A DNA stretch of 64,000 nt from Candidatus Latescibacterota bacterium. Lineage in GTDB: Bacteria > Latescibacterota > UBA2968 > UBA8231. The notes below the pieces were generated by a model. That model was not told the origin of the DNA and did not search any database. It was given only the letters and a program-made list of their open reading frames with translations. Within the stretch, counting starts at the first letter, position 1. The number at the start of each line of letters is the position of its first letter. Made by a program: the position numbers and the translations under genes. Where the stretch lies: assembly GCA_965219385.1 (NCBI GenBank), contig CBDCNM010000002.1, forward strand, positions 964,639 through 1,028,638, written 5' to 3'. Below, in pieces: positions 9,724 through 19,239 of this stretch.

Positions 9724-9967
9724 GCTTGCCCTCGTCCTCCGCGTTCCCGCCATTGCGTTGGCCGCAGAGGCCGTCGCATACCCGGTTCAAAATTTCGTCA
9801 TCGACCGCCCAACCGCAAGTAGCCAGTCCCCCACCAGCGTGGCCGGAACTCGACCACTGTGAATCGAGACCGACCTGACCAACGCCGCGCCGGCAAACTC
9901 GGCTGCCGAGAACGGGCACGGCGAAGAACAGGGAAAGGAACAACCGCTGCGGCATCCGAGGCTGCCT

Positions 9968-10117
9968 AAATCGCCAAATCAAACTCTTGCCGATTCTGAT
10001 ACTTGCCTTGCTCCCTTTATCGGCATTATTGGGGACACCGGCCTTATTTTGTCGCAACACCTCGTCGCAAATCTGGCGATGATATGCGCGTCTCAGGTCT
10101 TCGATCTTCCCTGTCAT
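9968..10117 (-). pseudogene. 5' remnant of an NgoMIV-family type II restriction endonuclease
   Basis: RRAYHRQICDEVLRQNKAGVPNNADKGSKASIRIGKSL resembles the NgoMIV N-terminus from memory; similarity ends after about 50 aa. Confidence 0.65.
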
Positions 10118-10245
10118 TGCGGTTTCACCAATCCAACCACGTACTCTTCGTGCATCCGCTCCTCAATCTGTGAGTGTCGTTTATTGCCCCAGCGCGCCGG
10201 CATCATGCGCTTGTCACGATCCAAGCGGCGGACGCCGATTCCGGC
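10114..10245 (-). pseudogene. 3' remnant of a DNA methyltransferase
   Basis: GIGVRRLDRDKRMMPARWG...IEERMHEEYVVGLVKPQ* parallels the C-terminus of the methyltransferase at 15598; ATGA overlap with the NgoMIV-like start. Confidence 0.55.
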
Positions 10246-10281
10246 CGTCGATTCCTCGGAGGCACTGACTCGGCGGCCAAT

Positions 10282-12159
10282 TCAGTCCACCATCAGTAAC
10301 TTACATGGCGTCGGATCAATGCCGATGAGCAACGGTCGGGTAAAGGTTGTAAATGACCCGATGGCCTGTCCAGGAGCTAGGGACGGTAACTGTCGCCAAA
10401 GCCCTTCGTTGATACCCCCTATTGAGCGTTTGAGCCTACTGACTACCGTCGCGTCACTCACTTTGTGCAGAATCCAGTTGTTGATCAGGCCCAACACCTC
10501 ATCGGGCAAGTGCTGCGGTAATTGCGTGATGAAGACCAGCCCCAGCCAGCGCTTACGACCCCTCCGAGCAATGCGGGCAACCTGCTGAAAAAGCACCTGC
10601 ATCTTCTGAATTCGCTGCGCCGAGAGAAATTCGTGAGCCTCTTCGATAAAGATGGTCGTTGGTGTTGGTCTCTCTTTTCTATCAGCCGCCTGCTTATAGT
10701 TGATTTCCTGCTGCTTCTGCACCCCGCGCAGGATCTCCGCAATAACCAGATTGTTGATCTGAGGCGAATCGGTGTCGCTCAGATCCAAGATATTCACACG
10801 TCCCGGTTGCAACATCTCTGTGTAATTGATCTGTTCGGCTTTATCAGAATCAAAAATTTTCAAACGCTTAATTTTGCTCAATTTCCCCATCAGTGCCCGC
10901 CAACTGGGTAAACTGTCGGGCTTTTTGTCGGCATTAATGAGCTGTTTTAGCTGATCGCGGTTTTCTCGGAGAAAGTCTGTTTCCAAATAGGGGTCCGTCT
11001 CGTCTTTAGCCTTGATGGCGTGGATCTGTCTGACCACGTCATACAGACAGGTCAACGTCATTTTATGATAGCCTGTCTCCATTTCATCAAGTTCAAAAAG
11101 TTGTTGCCTCTGTTGGTCGTTGGCTGGCCAGATCTTCAGTTTTTCCAAAATCCGCTTCGTTATGTCATACGCTTTGAAAAAGCGCCCGCTCTGGGCTTCG
11201 TTCAGTTCGAGAATCTCCTCCAAAGCATAGGGCGAAAGGGCACTGAAGCGCAGCGAGAACGGTTTCACATCGGCATGCTCCGGATTAGCGGCATCTCGGT
11301 CTACGAGATGGTAAATATGGGTATTGCCGACTCCCTCGGGATTTAGATTTTGCTGTGTTAGTGCCTGAATCATGCGGTTATCCGCAGTCGGTTCGTCTAT
11401 AGCGCAGTATTCACCCTCTGTATCAATGAGGACGATTGCCATATTCTCTTTTTGCGCTTTGGCAATCAGACCCGATACAGTCGTCGATTTACCACCGCCA
11501 GTTGTGCCCAAAATCCCTAGGTGTCTCGGAAAAATGCCTTTACTATCCGCAGGCACACACACTCCCAGATCGTCAAAGCCATCAGCTAAACCCAGGCGAA
11601 GACTGCCCTGAATCGACAGCACCTTAGCCGTTTCGTCTCTATCCAGCGTAAACACCGGACTATTGGGCTTGGGTCGGCGACGCGGCGGCAGCAAGGTACC
11701 GTTATCATCATCCAACTGCTCGCCAATAATTTCGACCTGGACGCGACCGTGGTATTTAGGCATGAGAAGACCACCCTGCACAGTGCTTACGACCATCGGC
11801 GTAGCATCGGCCCTTAATCCATCGGGTTCGGCGAAAGGTCCTTCGGCTACTGCCCCCATATAGACGCGACTATCGGCTAAGCTCTTGATACGCACTAGTG
11901 CCTGACTTGGAAACACGTCTATATTCTCAGGTGGTAACAATACGGTGAGGGTTCCGTCCTTGCTAGTGGGCGTATCGAACATCGTCCTTCCCACCGACTC
12001 TTCGTAACCGGGTGGAGGTGTGTAAGCTCCACCAGCGTCTATACTGTCCTCATCAATAGCTTGAAGCACCTCTTGAGGAATGTCCATTATATTTTCCTCC
12101 ACATGTCCGTCCCCACCTTGGGTGTACATATCGCTTCCGTTTTTAGGTTCCATCTTCAT
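10282..12159 (-). CDS. herA: HerA-family ATPase (DUF87/DUF853)
   Basis: N-terminal HAS-barrel-like region; HLGILGTTGGGKST (Walker A), IFIEEAHEF (Walker B), ARRGRKRWLGLVFITQ (arginine finger/sensor). Confidence 0.9.
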   Translation of the reverse strand: MKMEPKNGSDMYTQGGDGHVEENIMDIPQEVLQAIDEDSIDAGGAYTPPPGYEESVGRTMFDTPTSKDGTLTVLLPPENIDVFPSQALVRIKSLADSRVYMGAVAEGPFAEPDGLRADATPMVVSTVQGGLLMPKYHGRVQVEIIGEQLDDDNGTLLPPRRRPKPNSPVFTLDRDETAKVLSIQGSLRLGLADGFDDLGVCVPADSKGIFPRHLGILGTTGGGKSTTVSGLIAKAQKENMAIVLIDTEGEYCAIDEPTADNRMIQALTQQNLNPEGVGNTHIYHLVDRDAANPEHADVKPFSLRFSALSPYALEEILELNEAQSGRFFKAYDITKRILEKLKIWPANDQQRQQLFELDEMETGYHKMTLTCLYDVVRQIHAIKAKDETDPYLETDFLRENRDQLKQLINADKKPDSLPSWRALMGKLSKIKRLKIFDSDKAEQINYTEMLQPGRVNILDLSDTDSPQINNLVIAEILRGVQKQQEINYKQAADRKERPTPTTIFIEEAHEFLSAQRIQKMQVLFQQVARIARRGRKRWLGLVFITQLPQHLPDEVLGLINNWILHKVSDATVVSRLKRSIGGINEGLWRQLPSLAPGQAIGSFTTFTRPLLIGIDPTPCKLLMVD

Positions 12160-12220
12160 ATTCTCCTTGATTGATTAAAAACGACAGGTTTGCTCCAAAT
12201 TGAGGTACGCTGGAAACTCC

Positions 12221-12522
12221 TCAACATGACCAAGGATAGGTATCACCCTTTCTGCGATTGTTTTCCCATTGAAGAGGTTGAAGATTATTAAGCTCGTCTG
12301 AGCCACCTTTGGCTGAAGGTATAATATGATCAATTTCCCAGCCGTATTTAGAGTCTGTATTGCCATGTTCAGAATATTTCATAACATGGCCACACATATC
12401 CCAACGCCAGATCTTAGGATCATATTCTGTACCGTTCTGAACAGTTATCCTCCCCTATCCCAAACAGCACGCTTTGTCTCTTCCTCTGCACCATAAAATG
12501 GGTATCTATATTGATATGACAT
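12221..12522 (-). pseudogene. HNH endonuclease (~100 aa) with a 1-nt frameshift at a G4 run (12452-12455)
   Basis: AGGAGA RBS, then MSYQYRYPFYGAEEETKRAVWDRG; the -1 frame continues ...GWEIDHIIPSAKGGSDELNNLQPLQWENNRRKGD. Length 302 nt. Confidence 0.85.
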
Positions 12523-12561
12523 GTGTTTCTCCTTTTTTGTTTTACGTGTACCGCTTGGTGA

Positions 12562-13821
12562 TTAGCGTCGTGTGCTACGTTCAGCTAAGTAGCGGAAGGG
12601 CTCACCGGCTTCAGAGTAGGCTGCTTGGGCAGACGACATGAAAGTATCGGCTCCAAAAGACGACTGGCATAGCCGATCAGCCAAGTCGATGAGCATGGGG
12701 AACCCCCTGTGTTCTTGGAGTACACTGTCGGCCATGGCGATGAGGGCCGCTTCGTGAACACGATCAATGTGTGCGAAGAACATCTGAGGGGGCGACAGCT
12801 TGGAGACTCGGTACATGGCAATGGCAATTTTGGGTCCGCACTCCTCGACAAATTCTTCGACCGCCCTCCTGAGACCGACCCACTCTTGGCCACGGTAGTG
12901 TCCACTGGCGATCCGATCCAGTGTGTCCTTATACGTGTCGATAATGGCGTATTCGGACGGCTGCAAAGCGTTGCCGATGGTTAACAACTCGCGTGCGTTA
13001 GTCGTGCTGGGGATAAATACAAATCGCTGATGGTCCAAAACTAGCCGCCTCAACAACTCTATACTGCTGCGCAGTAGATCCGGCATGCCCGAACCTGTAA
13101 CCAGTTCGTAGGGTGTAGGCACCCCATGCCCCATGCGCCAGATGGCTTTCGACCGATCCAACAGTACCGCCCGCTCAGCATAAGCCATTATACCCCGCCG
13201 GGCCAAGCTGCTTATCCGGTCACGCTGACTTTCTTGATCTACCGCACTACGCTGCCGCCGCTTCTCCAAAAGCTCCAAGGTCTCGTCCACCGGATTCTTA
13301 CCAGTCGTACGCAAATCGCGACGAAACATCCGATGGACCCAAGATCCCTGGTCTCCTTGGTAGGAAACCAAGCAGACGCCAATCTGGGTGATAGTCATCG
13401 GCAAGGTATCGTGCGTGACTACCGTACCGTCGCAGGCTTCCACTCCACCGTTAAACAACAGCTTCGCGTGGATGTCCTCCAATTTCTCGACCGATGCCCT
13501 ATATACACCGGCCCCAGGAGGAGCACCTGGACGACCTTTGAGCCTAGGAAATATTTCAGCGCGAATTCTTTTCGTATAGCCGTCCTCTTGGCGGACAGCC
13601 TCGGCAATCTCCCGCTCTAAGCGCTCGTACATCTCGACAAGATCAGCCCCCGGGGACCAAGTAGCGAGATCCAGCGTCTCGGACAGTTTCTCTCCATGCG
13701 CTTCTTCATATTCATTGCTCGTCAGGAGAGGCTGATCTTCGGACAAGTTTTCTGGCAATTCATCCGTCACCCTATCCATGCTCGATTTCATGGGCTCTTC
13801 TCCTCGGTTTTCTGCGGCCAT
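12562..13821 (-). CDS. Divergent NurA-like nuclease
   Basis: EACDGT (compare NurA DGS) and C-terminal RGFPMLIDLAD (compare GYPxxLxxAH/D); upstream of herA. Confidence 0.7.
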   Translation of the reverse strand: MAAENRGEEPMKSSMDRVTDELPENLSEDQPLLTSNEYEEAHGEKLSETLDLATWSPGADLVEMYERLEREIAEAVRQEDGYTKRIRAEIFPRLKGRPGAPPGAGVYRASVEKLEDIHAKLLFNGGVEACDGTVVTHDTLPMTITQIGVCLVSYQGDQGSWVHRMFRRDLRTTGKNPVDETLELLEKRRQRSAVDQESQRDRISSLARRGIMAYAERAVLLDRSKAIWRMGHGVPTPYELVTGSGMPDLLRSSIELLRRLVLDHQRFVFIPSTTNARELLTIGNALQPSEYAIIDTYKDTLDRIASGHYRGQEWVGLRRAVEEFVEECGPKIAIAMYRVSKLSPPQMFFAHIDRVHEAALIAMADSVLQEHRGFPMLIDLADRLCQSSFGADTFMSSAQAAYSEAGEPFRYLAERSTRR

Positions 13822-13874
13822 CTATTCATCTATTCCCATTATTCCCATCAAAAGAGCCCAGTTCGACAAAAAAT

Positions 13875-14621
13875 TCATCCGTTGAGCCATTCCTTAAAAG
13901 AGCCGGCAGGGCGCTGGCTCATCACCAGCATGTGCCCGTAGCCATGAGCGACCGTTTCAGGCAAGCCAAATTCCTGTCGCAGTGTCTGAGCCACCCGCTC
14001 ACAGGCTGATGTCTCCTTCCACGGTATAGCCCGAGCCTGTAATCGGCTGAGCACAATCTTCCTAGGTGCCAACAATTCCAGTGCTAAACGGTCGGCCCGA
14101 TCCTCGGCGTCTAGAATACGCAGGTGCTCTACTTGGCCGCTAGGCGACCGATCCATAAAGTGCGTGAATGTCTGCCAAGATACACCCTGAAGCAGACCAC
14201 CTAGCCGTTCTTCAGGAGTAGGGGAACGCCGGCCGTCGAGTACATCTCGAATCTCTGATCCTAACATGGAGAGTGCATGCTCTCGCGGCTGCCAGTAATC
14301 GAGCATGAAGTGGGATATTTCGTGTGCTAAGGAGAAACGCCGTTCGTCTTCTGAGTCGCTGCCATCAAGAAAAATCATCCCATACCCGGCTTTGGCTAAA
14401 AGACAAGCCCGCAAACAGCGGTAAGCCACTGTAAAAGGGGGAATAATACCCTGCTGATCCAACCACTCCGTCAGCGAAGACACTTCTAGGCGAGGAAGTT
14501 TGATCAGGGCTACGGGCAATGCCCAAGATAGGGGTGCTTCCAAGGATCGAGGAAACGACTCTGGTCGGCCAGCTAGGCTCCAAAATCTCTCTGCCAGCTC
14601 GACTACATCCCAGTTTCTCAC
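13875..14621 (-). CDS. ImmA/IrrE-family metallo-endopeptidase
   Basis: RRFSLAHEISHF (HExxH) and AEDRADRLALELLAP. Confidence 0.88.
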   Translation of the reverse strand: MRNWDVVELAERFWSLAGRPESFPRSLEAPLSWALPVALIKLPRLEVSSLTEWLDQQGIIPPFTVAYRCLRACLLAKAGYGMIFLDGSDSEDERRFSLAHEISHFMLDYWQPREHALSMLGSEIRDVLDGRRSPTPEERLGGLLQGVSWQTFTHFMDRSPSGQVEHLRILDAEDRADRLALELLAPRKIVLSRLQARAIPWKETSACERVAQTLRQEFGLPETVAHGYGHMLVMSQRPAGSFKEWLNG

Positions 14622-14995
14622 GCCTTGTCCACTTCTCTTTCTTCTTTGCGATCCCGGGCCGCCATAAGCATTGCGCCTTGTCGCTCCCCGGCACCTTTCT
14701 GTAGTGCGGCAAAAGCAGCCACTTCGCGCATGAGGCGTACAAGCCGATCAGGGCTACAGGCACCAAACCCAGCAATGCGGCGGACCTGCTCTTGAAATTG
14801 GTCCCCTTGGTCGTCAGGCTGGTGACATAGGGAAAGCCGGTTGATGTGTTCTATATCGCACTCCAAGAATTGGGCCAGACCTTGTTCATCTATATCATGG
14901 AAAGCCCGATATTGAGCCAATGACCAACCGACAAAAAAACGATCAGTATTCGCCTTTTCCACAAGTTTCTGTAGATATTTTACCTTATTACTCAT
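14618..14995 (-). CDS. Small hypothetical protein, XRE/HTH-like (possible repressor or anti-sigma)
   Basis: LAQYRAFHDIDEQGLAQFLECDIEHINRL has XRE-like spacing; C-terminal LMAARD; overlaps both neighbouring genes. Confidence 0.55.
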   Translation of the reverse strand: MSNKVKYLQKLVEKANTDRFFVGWSLAQYRAFHDIDEQGLAQFLECDIEHINRLSLCHQPDDQGDQFQEQVRRIAGFGACSPDRLVRLMREVAAFAALQKGAGERQGAMLMAARDRKEEREVDKA

Positions 14996-15590
14996 AGCCT
15001 AAAATATCTCCATGGTGTCTTTGCAGGCGTTTTTTAATGCGATCCTTGTTCCTTTTTACTTCGGTACGCTGCTCGTCTTCGGGCAGTGCCTCCAGCTCCA
15101 GAACCTGAGCGAACACCTCAGTGGCCCGTTCTCCCTCAATTATCAGCTTGACTACCGCCCGGTCCTTGGGATCATCAAACAGTGCATCTAATGCATCTTG
15201 CATCCGTTCAGAGTCTATTTTTTCCTCTAATTCACCTGTTCTAGTATTCCCACCTCGTTCATCAACTTCGACAAACTCTAGCTGAATTTCTTTTTTTTGG
15301 CGGCGAGCGATTTTAGCCAGAGCATTCTTCAGATCTCCTTCAGCCGCCATTACCAGAAAGCCGAATAAACCGCGTTGGGTCGGATCAAACTGCTCTGGAC
15401 GCTTGCTATAGTCCATCAACGCATCCGCAACGACTTCGGTAGGCAGATCAGGGTCTCGCAGATTGGGGTATTTATGGGACAATTTTTCGACCAACGACTC
15501 CATTACCTCTTCGGCAAGCTCGGCAAATGCCGTCAAATCGCCCTCGCACAACCGTTTGTGAATGTCTGTATACCAAGCGTCATCGAGCAT
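14988..15590 (-). CDS. ECF sigma-70-like protein
   Basis: 200 aa; GDLTAFAEL, region-2-like QFDPTQRGLFGFLVMAA, region-4-like DALDAL...DRAVVKL...RIKKRL. Confidence 0.65.
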   Translation of the reverse strand: MLDDAWYTDIHKRLCEGDLTAFAELAEEVMESLVEKLSHKYPNLRDPDLPTEVVADALMDYSKRPEQFDPTQRGLFGFLVMAAEGDLKNALAKIARRQKKEIQLEFVEVDERGGNTRTGELEEKIDSERMQDALDALFDDPKDRAVVKLIIEGERATEVFAQVLELEALPEDEQRTEVKRNKDRIKKRLQRHHGDILGYE

Positions 15591-15597
15591 AAACTAT

Positions 15598-16884
15598 CTA
15601 CTTCCGCAAAGCTAAGATGAGTTCCCGTCTCATTCGTTTACCCATAGAGACTTGCCCATCCACTAACTGAGGCGGCGGCAAGGAGCGATGTGCTACGTTT
15701 ATGTGACGCATAGCACTGCCGACCAGCGTAAGACCAACATGCTCTCCTATTTGCGAAAAAATTTCTTCTGCATCCGTCTTTTTGGCATTGATAATAGTCG
15801 GCCCCACGACAAACAATCCCACGCCGTCCGGTTTTAATACGCGTTTGATTTCGCCAAATACCTTGTGCATGTCGGACAAATATCTCTTTACATGCGCTTT
15901 TCTGCGTTCTTCTTCGATTTTTTTGTCTAATCGATCCTCTATAACAGAAGGTAAGCCGTCGCTATGCCACAGCCCGCATTCAGTACCCACCATGGTGCTG
16001 CGCAGCCAGCGTAATTTTTCCAGCGGGTAGTTCATCCACAGAAGGGAAAATTTATGCCCTCGCATATAATCTATGGCATTGAGATAAGGTGGCGAGGTTA
16101 GCACTAAATCGATGCTTGAATCTTCAATAGGAAGGCAGCGGGCGTCCCCATGTTGGATAGTGCTGTGCGTCGTCAACTGCTTATCGTCGACAAAAGGCAA
16201 CCGTTTGACGGCCCTGTCAAAACGTTGCACCCAACCAGCAAATGGCTCTACAATGGTCTTTCCCAACTTTTTGTGTGGACGGGATCGAGAAATATCCAGC
16301 GCCCAACTCGCACCGGCCTTCTTGGCGATAATTAGACTAGAGAAGATAGCCCAAGCCAGATTTTGTTCGGAACCTTCGCTCTCTTCGCCGATGCTCCGCC
16401 GTAAGGCCAATAGCTGCTCTTGGGACTTTGGGGGAAACCAGAATTCAATAAAATCTCGATCCTTTTCCGGTAGTTGATTGAGCTCCTCTTCTAGACTTGC
16501 CTTCTTTTTTTGTAGCGTTTGTTTAGCCCGACCCAAGACTCGTTCTTTCAGGTCATGTAGGCGACGAGAATCAAAATTTTGGATGGTACTATCTGCAATG
16601 AGTACGGCCAGCGGGTCTCGATCAAATCCATATACTGTCCGACCTAGCTGCCGTGCAGCAATTAGGGTCGTTCCAGAGCCGGCCATAGGGTCGAGGACGA
16701 CAGCTTCCGACTCTGTTATTCGACTAATCAAATGCCTTGCTAAGGAGATGGGCATGCGAGCAGGAAATGGGTGAAACCAAGAAGGCTCACGCTGCTGTCC
16801 CTTTGCCTTCGACCCAGAGACTTCGCATATAGCGTTCAATATTTTGCGGTCACTATAGACAGAACTGAACAATTTCAACTCCAC
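15598..16884 (-). CDS. DNA methyltransferase (amino-MTase, probably N4-cytosine)
   Basis: HPFPARMP, SAM-binding DPMAGSGTT followed by catalytic TSPPY; start codon uncertain. Confidence 0.88.
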   Translation of the reverse strand: MELKLFSSVYSDRKILNAICEVSGSKAKGQQREPSWFHPFPARMPISLARHLISRITESEAVVLDPMAGSGTTLIAARQLGRTVYGFDRDPLAVLIADSTIQNFDSRRLHDLKERVLGRAKQTLQKKKASLEEELNQLPEKDRDFIEFWFPPKSQEQLLALRRSIGEESEGSEQNLAWAIFSSLIIAKKAGASWALDISRSRPHKKLGKTIVEPFAGWVQRFDRAVKRLPFVDDKQLTTHSTIQHGDARCLPIEDSSIDLVLTSPPYLNAIDYMRGHKFSLLWMNYPLEKLRWLRSTMVGTECGLWHSDGLPSVIEDRLDKKIEEERRKAHVKRYLSDMHKVFGEIKRVLKPDGVGLFVVGPTIINAKKTDAEEIFSQIGEHVGLTLVGSAMRHINVAHRSLPPPQLVDGQVSMGKRMRRELILALRK

Positions 16885-16915
16885 TTAGGCTTTAGTTCCA
16901 AGCCTTAATATATCC

Positions 16916-18273
16916 TAAAGTTTGGACCAGACATAGGGTCTATCCAGCCGCGATAGCATAGTGTGAGTTCATTTTTTCGTTGTTTTCTTTTTCCGTACTA
17001 CTCAGCGAAAATAGGACGTATCGTTTCTGCCATCGCAGGTAGTTTGGGATGATACCAGTGGATGTTCATCTGGGCCAGCCCTTCTTCTACCGCCGGAAAG
17101 GTCCAAAGGCCGGCCAGGCGATCAACGGGGTCAGACTGGTCGCCACGAAGGACAGCAGGACACTACGATTGATGGACCGCTCGGAGCGCACCTGATACGG
17201 ATCGAAGCCCAGTTCCTCCTTGGTATCGCGCATGTTGGTTTCAAAGCCCCACCGCAATTTGTAGTAGCGGAGGATGGTTTCGACCGATAGACTCAGATCG
17301 GTGGTGTAGACCATAAAGTAGCGATAGGGTTTGCTTTTTTTAGCTCGGGTGCGTACCACCACTAGATGCACCGGCTGGGGACACATGCGGGTGCGCACCT
17401 GTTGGTGGGCCACCGACAGCGGCTTGTCAAAACTGGGGACCGCTAGATCGGTATAGGTCCACTGCTCGATGTGGACACGTCGACCATAGATTCTCTTCCG
17501 TCCTTTCTTAGGTTGCTCGGCCGGACCCGGTCGATAATAGAACGCTGCATTTTTGCGGGCGCGACATAACAGATGAGGCCCTTGGGCTAATAATTCCTTG
17601 AAATACGTGCGGTTATTGAACCCCCGATCAAAGATGATCAAACGGGCCGGCAGCACCCAAATGATCGAGGCAAACCCGGCCAAGGCCGAACCGCCCAAGG
17701 CGGCCGGATCCAACCGGTGGACCCACAGCGGGAACAAGCGGCGTACATCCCATCCAGGCCCAACAAGCCCAAGCCGGCAAACTGGTGGCCCCAATGGAAC
17801 TTGGACTGATTGGTATTGCGTTTACGATAGCGATGATTGCGGAAAAAGGGTAAGCCAAACTGCTTTTTACCGGTCTTGATGGCGTGGGTATGATCATAGA
17901 CATAGGCCCATTCATCCATATACTCCAGCAGCAAACCGGTCAGGCGCTGGACCACCATGGTTTCGTCCCATTTTCCGCGACGGAGAAACTTAACCAGCGA
18001 CCAGTAGCGGCTGTTCGGCTGACCGGCCAGGTAGATCCCACTGACCGTGTGCCGGCTTTCGCACCGGAGCACGCCCCACACATAGGCGTAAAACAGGGCG
18101 AAGTTTTGACTACCGAACAGATCGCGAAATGCATATACTATCGTATCAAGCAGGGTGCCCGTTGGCATGACCATCCTCCTTCTTTTTCTTGGTCGGAAAA
18201 CAAGGTAGGATAATCTAACGGCCCCTGCCATTTTTTTACAACCCTAAACGGACTTCAAATTGTCCAAACTCTA
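16916..18273 (-). mobile_element. Decayed IS701/IS4-like element with frameshifted DDE transposase
   Basis: ORFs 17638-18231 and 17087-17794 with YDHT, FDRGF, YKLRWGFETNMRDTKEELG; ends TAAAGTTTGGAC and GTCCAAACTCTA form an 11/12 inverted repeat. Confidence 0.8.
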
Positions 18274-18342
18274 TATAGGGAAAACTACCATATGCGAATC
18301 CGATCGGTCGGGAGCTGTTGGAGCTGGCCTTGCCGATTTTTT

Positions 18343-19239
18343 CTACTCCACAGGGGACGGCGGGTTCCCCTGATGAAGTATCTGGTCAATCAGGTTTCCT
18401 GTGTAAGAAATCCCTGCCGTCCAAGTAGGGCCAGCGAAATAGGTATAGGGGGGAGGACCTACAGATGGGTCAGCGCGCCCGCTGATGCTCATACGCGCCG
18501 TGATTTCGAAGCTCAGGTTTTGCTGAAGACCAACAAGGAGCATGGGCGCCAAATAGGTGATGCGTCTGCCGGAGCTTCTGATACCTTCTAATTTGAGAGC
18601 GAGGAGGAGTTTGTCCATGGGACTATAGCCTGCCTCGGCGTTATAAATAAACTCTTCGTTAGGGTCGTAGTCGATGGTACTGTTTTTTTGCCGGAGGCGA
18701 TACCCCAGATTGACATTGGTGTAGAGTGGGAGAGGCCAAAAAGACCGACCGACTTGCGCGATGATGTCAAAATCCCATTGGCCATCGCTTACGGAAACGG
18801 CTTCGGGCGCTTTGCGAAATTCACCTATTGGGGCTTTGAATCCAAGTCTCAGGGTGCCCACAAAAGGTTGTTGCACGAGGTTGACTTTGGCGAATCCTCG
18901 AAGGTCACCCAAACCCGATTCTCCCGTCTCATCACCAAACATCTCTTTATGCATATCTGCTTTAAAATCTACAAATTCCCTGCTGACGAAAGGAAGCTGT
19001 AGGCCGATGTCAACGCGGTCGTTCACGCCGTAAAACACGTCGAGATATAACGACCGGGAATTGTACTGGGCAGGGAACTCACTCACCTTTCCATCCTTAT
19101 CATAATGCTCCGTGGTCGATTGCGACAAGCCGGTGATTTTGCTCCACACGTGGCCCTTTTTAAGCGTCCAAGCACCTGCATAGGCGGTCTGGGGCAGAAG
19201 GACACTAAGGGCAACGATGAGAAAGGGGATTATGTGCAT
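18343..19239 (-). CDS. Secreted protein, probable outer-membrane beta-barrel
   Basis: Signal peptide ending AYA-GAW, SGLGDL motif, alternating beta-strand pattern. Confidence 0.6.
   Translation of the reverse strand: MHIIPFLIVALSVLLPQTAYAGAWTLKKGHVWSKITGLSQSTTEHYDKDGKVSEFPAQYNSRSLYLDVFYGVNDRVDIGLQLPFVSREFVDFKADMHKEMFGDETGESGLGDLRGFAKVNLVQQPFVGTLRLGFKAPIGEFRKAPEAVSVSDGQWDFDIIAQVGRSFWPLPLYTNVNLGYRLRQKNSTIDYDPNEEFIYNAEAGYSPMDKLLLALKLEGIRSSGRRITYLAPMLLVGLQQNLSFEITARMSISGRADPSVGPPPYTYFAGPTWTAGISYTGNLIDQILHQGNPPSPVE

Noticed and set aside
9704..10117. 137-aa ORF as a real gene
   Set aside because: Only the first ~50 aa look like a restriction enzyme; the rest is read-through into unrelated DNA.
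12175..12366. 63-aa ORF between nurA and herA
   Set aside because: It is an alternative frame of the frameshifted HNH gene.
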